Numbered from the stretch's first letter, positions 8,540 to 17,465 are shown. The stretch: 39,223 nucleotides of DNA from an uncultured Hyphomicrobiaceae bacterium (GCA_964352165.1 CAYGRH010000001.1:1-39223); one strand, 5' to 3'. A program made the numbers and translations. Notes: generated by a model not told the origin, from the sequence alone.

Positions 8540-8842
8540 CTAAATGCTTCGATAGAAGTGCTTGATCGGTATCTTGTAAATCTCCGCGATTGCAAAGAGC
8601 AACATTGGTGGCGTCCTATTAAAACCAACTTCTAGCCGGCGGAGCTCAAGTTCCGAAATGCCCAACTGTAATCCCAATTGAGAGGCCGGCATTCCGGCAG
8701 CTTCACGCAACCGCCGAATGCGGCGGCCAACGGCAAGGTCGATGGGGTGTAAAGCTGGTTCCGAGTGCTGAAAGTGCCGTGCTGCTATCTCAGACCTCTG
8801 ATCATCCGTGCCCGCGTTTGACAATGATCTGGCCCCCATCAT
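8540..8842 (-). CDS. XRE-family HTH regulator
   Basis: VGRRIRRLREAAGMPASQLGLQLGISELELRRLEVG. It sits 33 nt upstream of the LuxR-type gene on the same strand. Confidence 0.7.
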   Translation of the reverse strand: MMGARSLSNAGTDDQRSEIAARHFQHSEPALHPIDLAVGRRIRRLREAAGMPASQLGLQLGISELELRRLEVGFNRTPPMLLFAIAEIYKIPIKHFYRSI

Positions 8843-9061
8843 CGGGCGTTCCGAAGGAACGCTGATCGATTGTTTGTCAGCACTAGGTTGTCACCTAGTT
8901 CCTTGTGAAGCACAAGAGTGTTAGTAATCTAGCTTGATAATGGGCAGGTTGGGAACCTATATCTGCCCGTGGTTCTCGTTTTCCGCAACGTCCAGAAATC
9001 ATGGCGCTTTTTGGGTCGAACAACTAGGCCGTTGCTTGAGAATGAGCATTGTTGATTCAAA

Positions 9062-9316
9062 GTGGCGTTCGTTCAGACAGGCAAGGCCTTGACCATTTCG
9101 GCTGGTCCGACATCTAAATTGACAAAGATCGAAGAAGCAGTCTTGGAACTCTGCAGTGAGGGCTATTCTGATCTTGAGATCTCTCGGCAGCTTTATTCTT
9201 GCCCCCAAGTTGTGCGTAACATTTTTTTACGTATAAACAAAAAGTTAGGGGCAAAAAACAAGACGCATGCTGTCGCCTTATGGATTGGGAATCAGGACCC
9301 TATTTCAAAGCGATAA
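9062..9316 (+). CDS. Small LuxR/GerE-type HTH regulator (GTG start)
   Basis: LTKIEEAVLELCSEGYSDLEISRQLYSCPQVVRNIFLRINKKLGAKNKTHAVALWI. Confidence 0.6.
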   Translation: MAFVQTGKALTISAGPTSKLTKIEEAVLELCSEGYSDLEISRQLYSCPQVVRNIFLRINKKLGAKNKTHAVALWIGNQDPISKR

Positions 9317-9568
9317 GTTGGATTCGGAAGTTCCGTTCAAACGTGAGTGATCTTGGTGACGCGACAAGGCGGCAGCGGACTTCGCGCTGGGGACCCCCGT
9401 TTTTGCGTCCAGTTAGGATCTGATCCAATGCGCTTTGACTTAACCGTTATCAAGCGGCCCACCATGCTCCCATCTTTGCAAACCTACGGAAGTGCATCTG
9501 GCTTTTTCAAGCCTGCTGGAGAATCCCTGGCCTTGTACGAGGACAGAAAGGCATTTTGGTCTGAAATC

Positions 9569-9595
9569 ATAAGCTCAATAAGCTCAATAAGCTCG
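9569..9595. repeat. Three tandem copies of a 9-bp unit: ataagctca, ataagctca, ataagctcg
   Basis: Read directly from the sequence. Lies in the ~420-bp gap upstream of phyR. Confidence 0.9.
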
Positions 9596-9738
9596 ATTGC
9601 GATGCTGCGGTTCAAACGAGAAAGTGGGCTTGTCACAACATCGCAAATCGACAAGTTGTAGGGAGGCGGGTGCGACTTAATTTTCTTTAGTAACAAATTC
9701 CTTGCCCTGAAAAGGGGCCACGACTAGGAGATTGGACA

Positions 9739-10575
9739 ATGCAACTGAGTTCGGAATTGATGGCCTGGCTACCTAGCCTGCGTCGTTACGCCAGAGCGTT
9801 AACAGGTTCGCAGGACGCCGGTGATGATCTAGTCGTTAGGGCTTTAGAACGGCTTAGTATAGGTCCTCGTTTGGCCGACGACATTGCTCCGAAGATTGGT
9901 TTGTACAAAGTGGTCTCTGATGTTTGGAACAGTGTGATCGGGAAACACATTATGGATATGGCGGCCAAAGGAAGCTTGGCAGCGGCTGCTGACGAACGCA
10001 TCGGTCAACTCGAAGGGATACCCAGACAAGCCTTTTTACTCGTGGCTATGGAGAAGCTGACGCCGACCGAGGCGGCTATCGTACTTTCTCTTTCCGAGCA
10101 CGAATTTAAATCTGAACTCGCCAAAGCCCGGCACGACGTGGCCAGCCAAGTTGCAACCGATGTGCTTGTGATCGAAGATGAGCTTTTCATTGCTGCCGAT
10201 CTAGAGAAAATTCTCACTGATCTCGGCCACAATGTTGGTCCGGTAGCCCGGACCCATTCTCAAGCGGTTGCGGTCGCACGACGACAAAAGCCAGGTCTAA
10301 TAGTATCAGATATTCAGCTGGCTGATGACAGCAGTGGGATCGATGCTGTGCGTGATATTCTCGAATTTTCGTCAGCGCCAATAATCTTTGTCACATCTTA
10401 TCCAGAGTTATTGTTGACCGGGACACGACCCGAACCGATTTTTCTTATTAAGAAGCCGTTTTCAAGTGACGAAGTTCGTGGAGTGGTTTCTCAGGCTTTA
10501 TTTTTCCGACAGAATGCTCGCGCCTCGGATATTGCGGAAGGAGCGGTGCGATTATCGGGTCAGAGAAGTCACTGA
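9739..10575 (+). CDS. phyR: PhyR, the general-stress-response anti-anti-sigma response regulator (ECF-sigma-like N domain plus receiver)
   Basis: N terminus LPSLRRYARALTGSQDAGDDLVV and the region-4-like segment LTPTEAAIVLSL. Receiver VLVIEDELFIAADLEKIL...GLIVSDIQLADDSSGIDAV...IIFVTSYPE. RBS ctaggag. Confidence 0.9.
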   Translation: MQLSSELMAWLPSLRRYARALTGSQDAGDDLVVRALERLSIGPRLADDIAPKIGLYKVVSDVWNSVIGKHIMDMAAKGSLAAAADERIGQLEGIPRQAFLLVAMEKLTPTEAAIVLSLSEHEFKSELAKARHDVASQVATDVLVIEDELFIAADLEKILTDLGHNVGPVARTHSQAVAVARRQKPGLIVSDIQLADDSSGIDAVRDILEFSSAPIIFVTSYPELLLTGTRPEPIFLIKKPFSSDEVRGVVSQALFFRQNARASDIAEGAVRLSGQRSH

Positions 10576-10722
10576 TAGTCTGAATTGTCTGATTGTTTGT
10601 ATTTTTTAACTTTTCCGGCCGGCGTTGTTAGGTTTAACGAATTGTTTGCCATGCGAAGGCTCGGCTCTGCTCAGATTCGAACCATTTGCTTAGTCGCGGC
10701 ATCTGTTTCTCAATGAATTATT

Positions 10723-12510
10723 TTGAGGGGGATGCCAGTGGGCCACATGAGTCAATGCGTCAAGAGTTTGGTTGGGACCGCCAGCGACGATCATCGAGTA
10801 GATGCCGAAAACGATAGGGTCCAGAAGCTCCATGAGGTTCTTGAGATCCAAAAAAGTGCCTTGGATCACATGAGCCAAGGCCTGTGTCTCTATGATAGCC
10901 AACAACGGCTTGTTCTGTGCAATAGCCAGTTCAGAGACATGTACCAGCTCACCAACGAGCAAGTGCGCCCTGGAACATCGCTCGAGCAGATTTGTCGATA
11001 CCGAATCCAAAATGGAATTTTTGGTGAGCAGCATCCAGAGGCTTACATTCAGGAGCGAACGGCTCCCGTCTACGAATCGTCCAATCGTACACAAAAACTT
11101 TCCGACGGACGCACAATTCTTATAAGGCGTCGTATCACTCACGATGGCGGTTGGCTGACGACGCATGAGGATGTGACGGAACAATGCCTTGCCGAGGCCA
11201 GAATCACCTATATGGCAACGCACGACGCGTTGACTGGCCTCGCCAATCGGACGCTGCTGATGCAGAAGCTAAAAGATGTACTGCCGAGAGTCAAAAGAGG
11301 CGAAAAGGTTGCACTCCTTTGGCTTGACCTCGACCATTTTAAGAACGTGAACGATGCTTTTGGACACCCTATCGGCGACTCATTGTTATGCGAGGTGAGC
11401 CGGCGGATTTCTGCCGCCGTTCGTGATACCGATACGGCAGCCCGATTGAGCGGTGACGAATTTGCCGTCCTGCAAGTCCAAGTCCAGGAGCCGGCCGATT
11501 GTGCAGCGCTCGCGCGGCGTCTCATCAGCGTCGTAAGCGACCCCTACCTCATCGAAGGCAATCTGATCATGGTGGGTGTTAGCATCGGCATTGCCCTTAC
11601 GAGTGAGGCTGATTGCGAACCAGAGCAGCTAATGAAGTCGGCCGACCTTGCTCTCTACAGGGCCAAGAGCGACGGCCGCGGAACTTACCGATACTTTGCA
11701 GCCGAGATGGACGCTTCCATGCAGGCCCGCCGCGAAATGGAATCCGAACTCCGAGCTGCTCTCGTAAAGGAGGAGTTTGAGCTGTACTACCAACCGATCA
11801 TGAACTTAAAACTCATGCAGCCATGTGGTTTCGAGGCTCTTTTGCGATGGAACCACCCAAAGCGTGGGGTTGTGCCGCCCAACGACTTCATTCCCATAGC
11901 CGAGGAAACTGGCCTCATCATGCCAATAACCGAGTGGGTAATACGGACCGCTTGTAGGGAAGCGCAGTCCTGGTCTCGTCCATTGCGGGTTGCCGTAAAT
12001 GTATCTGCCGTACATTTCCGCTATGGCGACCCCGCCCTTTCCATTCGAAATAGTCTGCAAGATACCGGATTAACACCCTCACGCCTTGAAGTGGAAATTA
12101 CTGAATCTCTCCTCTTGGATAATTCAAACTCCGTACTCGACAAACTTATGAGTTTGAAGGAATTGGGTGTCCGGATATCCATGGATGATTTTGGGACTGG
12201 CTTTTCATCATTAAGCTATCTTGTTGATTTCCCATTCGACAAAATAAAAATTGATCGATCCTTTGTCAAAGGCCTCCCGAGCGAAAAGAGTTCGCTGGCT
12301 ATTCTTCGATCGATTGCAGGACTTGGGACGAGTTTAGGTATGGCAACCACTGCAGAGGGCGTGGAGACGCGCGAGCAACTTGACGTGGCGATAAAGGAGG
12401 GTTGCACCGAAGTTCAAGGCTACTACTTTAGCCGGCCGCAACCGATTTCCTTACTGGTAAGCGCACTTCGCGAATGCGATGAGAAGTGTCGGACGTTTAG
12501 CAGTTTATGA
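10723..12510 (+). CDS. PAS-GGDEF-EAL c-di-GMP turnover protein
   Basis: PAS-like N terminus, THDALTGLANR, RDTD-x5-SGDEF, EALLRW, DDFGTGFSSLSYL, KIDRSFV, EGVETREQ, QGYYFSRP. The start is ambiguous among 10723, 10732, 10738 and 10747. Confidence 0.9.
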   Translation: MRGMPVGHMSQCVKSLVGTASDDHRVDAENDRVQKLHEVLEIQKSALDHMSQGLCLYDSQQRLVLCNSQFRDMYQLTNEQVRPGTSLEQICRYRIQNGIFGEQHPEAYIQERTAPVYESSNRTQKLSDGRTILIRRRITHDGGWLTTHEDVTEQCLAEARITYMATHDALTGLANRTLLMQKLKDVLPRVKRGEKVALLWLDLDHFKNVNDAFGHPIGDSLLCEVSRRISAAVRDTDTAARLSGDEFAVLQVQVQEPADCAALARRLISVVSDPYLIEGNLIMVGVSIGIALTSEADCEPEQLMKSADLALYRAKSDGRGTYRYFAAEMDASMQARREMESELRAALVKEEFELYYQPIMNLKLMQPCGFEALLRWNHPKRGVVPPNDFIPIAEETGLIMPITEWVIRTACREAQSWSRPLRVAVNVSAVHFRYGDPALSIRNSLQDTGLTPSRLEVEITESLLLDNSNSVLDKLMSLKELGVRISMDDFGTGFSSLSYLVDFPFDKIKIDRSFVKGLPSEKSSLAILRSIAGLGTSLGMATTAEGVETREQLDVAIKEGCTEVQGYYFSRPQPISLLVSALRECDEKCRTFSSL

Positions 12511-12640
12511 GACGCAGTCGCGCTTGATATTGGTTGTATTGGGGCGTCCGGCTTATCGCGCCTGTGCCGCGCGCAGTTCTTGTTTCCTTTGAATCACTTC
12601 ATGGTTCTCCCTGAAGTTCTGCCTTCCTAAAGGATTTCTG

Positions 12641-13087
12641 ATGAATTTTTCCCCAGTCTGGACGGACATGTCGGGGGTCTCGGTGCAGCCCCGAATCGAG
12701 CAACACCCGACGTTCGAGCGCTTGATGGCGCGCATCCCCGCTTCTGAGCGCGAATCATTCACGCCAGTTCAACTTGCATTGCTGTCTTCCGCGAGTAAGC
12801 CACCACCGCCGCAGCACTGGATCGATTTTCGGGTTTCACTTCCTTTTTTTGGCACTCGTTTTTACGTAACGCTACTGAGCGGCAAAGAGCGGCGTTCAAT
12901 TCGACGAATTAAATCTGAGGGCCAAATTAGCGCGTCAAATCTGTCGGTGGCGTACCTTGGAGCCTTGCTTTTAATTGGAACGGTTTCGTTTCTAGCAATA
13001 GCCGTCTTCTTGTATGTATTAAAGTCTGGGCTTGGGATTGACTTCTATGAAGATCATTCATTCTTGCATGGACTGCTCCTCGAGTGA
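12641..13087 (+). CDS. Hypothetical membrane protein
   Basis: RBS aaagga. One clear TM segment, VAYLGALLLIGTVSFLAIAVFLYVL. No family recognised. Confidence 0.5.
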   Translation: MNFSPVWTDMSGVSVQPRIEQHPTFERLMARIPASERESFTPVQLALLSSASKPPPPQHWIDFRVSLPFFGTRFYVTLLSGKERRSIRRIKSEGQISASNLSVAYLGALLLIGTVSFLAIAVFLYVLKSGLGIDFYEDHSFLHGLLLE

Positions 13088-13412
13088 CTCATCTCTGGTC
13101 CACCTATTTAGCAAAACGATAAATTTCTTTATCGCCCGAACCTTGCGCTTCTTGTTTAGGTCCGCGTGCGATCCAAAACGAATCGGCGAATAAAGCAAGA
13201 TTTGTACGCCCATTAGAATGTAAAAAATTAGGGCGCGACGACAATATGACCAGCTTATTTACCATGATCGAACCCCGATAATAATTTTTCGAACTATACC
13301 TCATTCAAAGCATCTCATTATAGTTGCGACAGCCCACCCATCAAGCCAGATGACCCCTTATTGGAATTGATGTGCTTCGAAAGTAAATTGAGGAACGGAC
13401 TCGGAGGTGAAG

Positions 13413-14261
13413 ATGCAAGAAACAGTTGGAATGTTAAGTCGAGTTTTCGGAGATTCGCAAACTTCTAAGATTCAGTTTTCGGGTTCCCAATCGGATCTCA
13501 TACGTGCAGCGAATGCAGAGATTGAAAACTTTGGTGTTTTAGTGGCTGTCGTTTCAAGCATTCTGAATGAGTTGCGCGACAGTGGTGCGACGTCCATACC
13601 AGTTACTATTCGTCGCTTTATACCCTCCACTCCTGTCGTGCTTAAGCAGTTTTCAAAGTTGTCGAGACCAATTTCAACAACTGATATCGAGACCCACCTT
13701 GTTTATCTCGGCGCACAAATTTCGGTTGGCCAGTATCAACTGCGTCGGTCCCTGGAAGATCAAACAGACTTTCTATCTCATCTCGAAGTTGATCAGGTTT
13801 GCCATGCCTGGAGGGGCATTTGTGACCAGGTTCTTCTTGTAATGGCTGACCTTGATCTGCTTGCTGACGACATGGGTTGCGGGGCAATGGATCAAATGTG
13901 TCGGAAGGAACTAGAAGCGCATCTCGCAGACGCGCGAGACGGTGGCAGGCGACTGAGCTTGAGTCGTGATGTCGACTTCCAACGTTGGTCCCAGAACCGG
14001 CGCCATCGGCGGGTCTTGTTGAATGCCATGGGAACAGCTTATTGCATGGGGGAAGCGAGGCCAGTGCTCGTTACGGATGCATCTGTCGGCGGAGTTGGGC
14101 TTGATTTTGCGGAAGGTTTTCTTGAGGGGGAAACCATCAAGTTGGCGCTTCCCATGGGACGTGAGTTCGTCGGCAGGGTGGCGTGGTCTGCAGGCACTCG
14201 AGTAGGGGTTCAGTTTGATAAGGAGCTGGATCAGCATGACGTATTGTTTGATTTCGAGTGA
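13413..14261 (+). CDS. PilZ-domain protein with an uncharacterised ~200-aa N-terminal domain
   Basis: GGAGG lies 5 nt upstream of the ATG. The C terminus carries the c-di-GMP binding motifs RRHRR (RxxxR) and DASVGG (DxSxxG). Confidence 0.75.
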   Translation: MQETVGMLSRVFGDSQTSKIQFSGSQSDLIRAANAEIENFGVLVAVVSSILNELRDSGATSIPVTIRRFIPSTPVVLKQFSKLSRPISTTDIETHLVYLGAQISVGQYQLRRSLEDQTDFLSHLEVDQVCHAWRGICDQVLLVMADLDLLADDMGCGAMDQMCRKELEAHLADARDGGRRLSLSRDVDFQRWSQNRRHRRVLLNAMGTAYCMGEARPVLVTDASVGGVGLDFAEGFLEGETIKLALPMGREFVGRVAWSAGTRVGVQFDKELDQHDVLFDFE

Positions 14262-14440
14262 GGCAAGGGCTAACCCGGCTTTCTCACGGGGTGTCGCAGG
14301 AACGGCGTTTCTGCTGACGCTGGACCTCGTCTGATGCGGCGAGACAGGCCGAGCGCCATCGCTGCCACCAGTTCGGCAGCCCTTCCGGCCAGCGCTGATC
14401 CTCTTTCGTTGGTCCTCGGACTTCAGTGCGGCGTTGCCGC

Positions 14441-14700
14441 TCAGCCGCACAATCGTCGCGCGGCAATGGCAAACACGGCCGCATCGGGACAGCTCGATGC
14501 AAAGGCAAGCTTGACGCGCCGGACCGAGATCGTGACGCGAGCGCCGAGCTTCAAAAGCTTCAACCGGATCGTGCCGCAGGTCGCTACCGCCAGCCTGGTA
14601 CCGGCGAGCCCGACGCGGCGCACCGCGCACATCAGCACGTAGGCCAGTGACGGCAGCCAGAGCCGGAGTTGATTGGTGCGCATGGTGGGAACGGAAACAA
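14441..14700 (-). pseudogene. C-terminal remnant of an IS1380-family transposase
   Basis: TMRTNQLRLWLPSLAYVLMCAVRRVGLAGTRLAVATCGTIRLKLLKLGARVTISVRRVKLAFASSCPD matches the IS1380 C-terminal pattern as I recall it. A GC-rich patch at 14280-14740 sits inside AT-richer DNA. The N-terminal ~350 aa are missing. Confidence 0.55.
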
Positions 14701-14848
14701 AAGCTCGTGCCTCAAGAGTGAGCCCCGAAAGGCTCACCATTTGTGCTCCGATCTGTCACATGGATCGCTAGCCGTTCTTAGTGCCCGCTCGTCAACTGTG
14801 CACACGAACATAGCATCTTGACGTCCGCGGTGGCCTGGTCAAGCAACG

Positions 14849-14874
14849 CGAACTTGTTGTCCGATTTACCCGTT
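14849..14874 (+). promoter_or_regulatory. Candidate EcfG-type promoter: cGAAC-N17-CGTT
   Basis: GAAC at 14850-14853 and CGTT at 14871-14874 with 17 nt between, about 145 nt upstream of nepR. The published consensus is GGAAC-N16/17-CGTT, so the -35 element has one mismatch. Confidence 0.35.
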
Positions 14875-15018
14875 GTTTACCAGATCAGAATGAGTGTTTA
14901 CACTCTGCCGGATAATGATTCGAAGTAATGGTCATTCATCGCTCAGCGCTCGACCGTCTTTATGAATATTTGACCATTGAAAGTATATCGTCAATCAATT
15001 CAAGGAGCCGGGAGTGCC

Positions 15019-15213
15019 ATGATCGTTGACGAAGTTACAGCACCAGGACCGTGGGCAGACCAAGTGAATGATGATGACCCGATTATCGATGAAAACATCG
15101 AAGTCGAGCTCGGGAGAGTTCTGCGCGAAGCCTATGCTGATGTACTGGAGGAGCCAATCCCTGAAAGGTTTCACGAACTGATTAGGAAATTGAAGAATGA
15201 GACAGTGGCGTGA
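15019..15213 (+). CDS. nepR: NepR anti-sigma factor
   Basis: A 64-aa protein with the NepR signature LGRVLREAYADVLEEPIPERFHELIRKL. Its TGA overlaps the GTG of the ECF sigma gene. Confidence 0.8.
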   Translation: MIVDEVTAPGPWADQVNDDDPIIDENIEVELGRVLREAYADVLEEPIPERFHELIRKLKNETVA

Positions 15214-15845
15214 CCAAACATTCCATTCCATTCGATCAACTCCTCCTGTCCAAAGTTCCAAGTTTACGCGCCTATGCGCGTTCGCTTTGCCGAGATCCAA
15301 ACCTTGCCGATGACATCGTCCAGGATGCTTTGCTTGCGGCATGGACTAAAAGAGCTTCCCTGCGCGATCTGGATGCTATTAAGCCGTGGCTTTTGACAAT
15401 CGTACGAAACACGTACTTGGCGCACGTGCGCCGCTGCAGAAAAGAAGTCGAAGATGTGGATGGACGTCTTGCAGCCCGACAGTCCGCTCCCGCCACACAG
15501 GAAACGTCGAGCGAACTTAGCGATGTTAAAAGAGCTATGAACGCGCTCTCTGATGAAGAACGCGAAGCCCTGGTTTTGGTTTGCATTGATCAACTTACTT
15601 ATCAAGAAGCTGCGCAAGTATGCGCGTGCCCGGTTGGCACTATAAAAAGCAGAGTCAACAGAGCAAGGTCCCAACTTCTTGCCTACCTAAAGGACGACTC
15701 GTTTTATTTTACGTCCTCACGAGCCGCAAATGGGATTATCGAGGCTAGAGTATCCACTGCCGAGAAGCCGCAGAGGCGGCCAGAAACGCGGAACAAGAGT
15801 TTGAAGAGTTATAAACCTTTGCGTCCAGCGCAGGCTGTTGCATAA
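15210..15845 (+). CDS. ecfG: EcfG-type ECF sigma factor with a ~35-aa C-terminal extension
   Basis: Region 2 DIVQDALLAAWTK...KPWLLTIVRNTYLAHVRR, then KEVEDVDG. Region 4 EREALVLVCIDQLTYQEAAQVCACPVGTIKSRVNRARSQL. Confidence 0.9.
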   Translation: MTKHSIPFDQLLLSKVPSLRAYARSLCRDPNLADDIVQDALLAAWTKRASLRDLDAIKPWLLTIVRNTYLAHVRRCRKEVEDVDGRLAARQSAPATQETSSELSDVKRAMNALSDEEREALVLVCIDQLTYQEAAQVCACPVGTIKSRVNRARSQLLAYLKDDSFYFTSSRAANGIIEARVSTAEKPQRRPETRNKSLKSYKPLRPAQAVA

Positions 15846-15952
15846 AAACCCAGTGGGAAGCATTCGAAGAATGGCTGTACCCGTTCCGAGCTGTAGCCAG
15901 TTAGAAATGAAGATCGCAGTGTTGCGAGCTTCAGCGGCCGCACGATTCGAGA

Positions 15953-16876
15953 TCAACGAGCCGAGTTACCAAGCAGCAAAAACTTGAGAAAACTCCGCAT
16001 CTCGAATAATTTTTCAGTTACGCTCAAGCCACATCTACCCTTGCCGCTCCATGCGACACGACATCGAGCTGATTGGCCATTTGGCGTCAGGACCTCAGTT
16101 TCAGCGCCTTTCGATAGGTGAAAATTCGTAATCAGCCCGAACCCAGAATCCGAAATATCAAAGATTGTCGCGTTTTCTGAGCTCTCCTCTGTCTTAATGA
16201 TACAATTAAGACTGACCAGCATTCGCGGACTGGTTCTTTTCTCAACGAACGATGTAATATTTAGCTCGCCGTTCTCATTCGCCGATGGCCATCCGCCAAC
16301 CGCAGCTTCGACAAGGTCTGCATCGAAGTCGAAATGCACCCGCTCTCCACTGTTGTACTCAGCAACGTAGTACTGCGCTTCTATGCTTAGAAGTGCCCTG
16401 AGCGCCCGTTGTAACTGGCTGCAGGTGGTTCGCCACTGATTTGCTGCCTTTGCAAAATCATCTGACGAGTGTTCTATAGGCGCAGAGGGTGCGATGAGGT
16501 TAGTGACAAGCAGTGCGTTGCTTAGACTGTTCAAAAATTCGCCGACCATACCAGCAACATTACGCGGAAGCCCACACGACTTAAAGCGGCTGAGCACTGC
16601 ATTCTGCGGCCCAATATGGCTACTACCGATTGCTAAGACTTGGGAGCAGGCCCGACTTGTGAAGCAGTTGCGATTTACTCCAAAGTTCAGAAGGCTCGTC
16701 ATCGCCGTTACAATAGGCACAAGCGTATATAATGCCGCGCGGGCCTCACGCACCTCTTGGCTCAAAACCAGACGTATCGGGGACACCCCATTAGAGATGC
16801 AGAGTGAATTCTGGACGATGCCCAGATCTATCGACTCGTGCTCATCGAGCTCAAACACGGAAATTGGTGCCATCAT
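15953..16876 (-). CDS. PilZ-domain protein, distant paralogue of 13413-14261
   Basis: RTSPR (RxxxR) and DISDSG (DxSxxG) near the C terminus. The N-domain segment AANQWRTTCSQLQRALRAL parallels VCHAWRGICDQVLLVMADL in the other protein. Confidence 0.75.
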   Translation of the reverse strand: MMAPISVFELDEHESIDLGIVQNSLCISNGVSPIRLVLSQEVREARAALYTLVPIVTAMTSLLNFGVNRNCFTSRACSQVLAIGSSHIGPQNAVLSRFKSCGLPRNVAGMVGEFLNSLSNALLVTNLIAPSAPIEHSSDDFAKAANQWRTTCSQLQRALRALLSIEAQYYVAEYNSGERVHFDFDADLVEAAVGGWPSANENGELNITSFVEKRTSPRMLVSLNCIIKTEESSENATIFDISDSGFGLITNFHLSKGAETEVLTPNGQSARCRVAWSGKGRCGLSVTEKLFEMRSFLKFLLLGNSAR

Positions 16877-16991
16877 ACCTGATACCCGCTAATTACCATT
16901 CATTGGAAAACTCAATTGTTTCCAAGATATCGTCGGGGTTGGACCGCGGAGGTGCCAATCTTGTTTTTTTGTTGGAAATCGCAAGTAGACA

Positions 16992-17465
16992 TCACTTTGC
17001 ATCTTTTGATTCTTTACCAAGCACTGTGATGGGGAGCTTAAGCTTCAATGTCGCACTGTTCGGTTTTTTTGTGTTGAATGACCCGGGTTGCCGAAGGACT
17101 AACTCATAAGTCTGATCATGGGATGGTGCGGAACCGCCGACCCACTGGATGTGGAAAACTTGCCGACTAATGGCTCGCAACTGAACCGCGCTGGGTACAA
17201 CCAGAATTCTTTCGCCGTTTTTTTCGAATGCCGAATGTCCAGTTTCAGGAGCGGTCGATGCCAACTGTACAATCAAAAACATATCTTCTTCGGTCGGGTT
17301 CTCAATAGTCACCCTCGAAAAGGCGGATATTTGCGTCCCTGCAGCTTGAGAATCTCTATTAATCCATCTTAATTCACCTGCTACCGCTATTGAGATCAGC
17401 GCGGAAGAATGCTCCGCAAACGCGACAATTAATATGACGAGCGCATACCAACCGACTGCGCGCAT
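16992..17465 (-). CDS. Secreted hypothetical protein; the pattern is loosely reminiscent of a PapD-like chaperone N domain
   Basis: GGAG RBS and signal-like N terminus MRAVGWYALVILIVAFA. A beta-rich pattern follows: VTIENPTEEDMFLIVQL...VVPSAVQLRAISRQVFHIQWVG...YELVLRQ. The functional call is tentative. Confidence 0.5.
   Translation of the reverse strand: MRAVGWYALVILIVAFAEHSSALISIAVAGELRWINRDSQAAGTQISAFSRVTIENPTEEDMFLIVQLASTAPETGHSAFEKNGERILVVPSAVQLRAISRQVFHIQWVGGSAPSHDQTYELVLRQPGSFNTKKPNSATLKLKLPITVLGKESKDAK

Noticed and set aside
9347-9661. 104-aa ORF containing ISSISSISSI
   Set aside because: The repeat peptide is just the translation of the 9-bp tandem DNA repeat. There is no RBS, and the rest of the sequence looks unlike a protein.
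10690-11223. 177-aa minus-strand ORF
   Set aside because: It lies antisense to the PAS domain of the GGDEF-EAL gene and has no motifs.
13911-14630. 239-aa minus-strand ORF
   Set aside because: It spans the 3' end of the PilZ gene in antisense plus the GC-rich IS1380 remnant in a frame other than the transposase frame. The composition is Arg-rich and typical of a shadow ORF.
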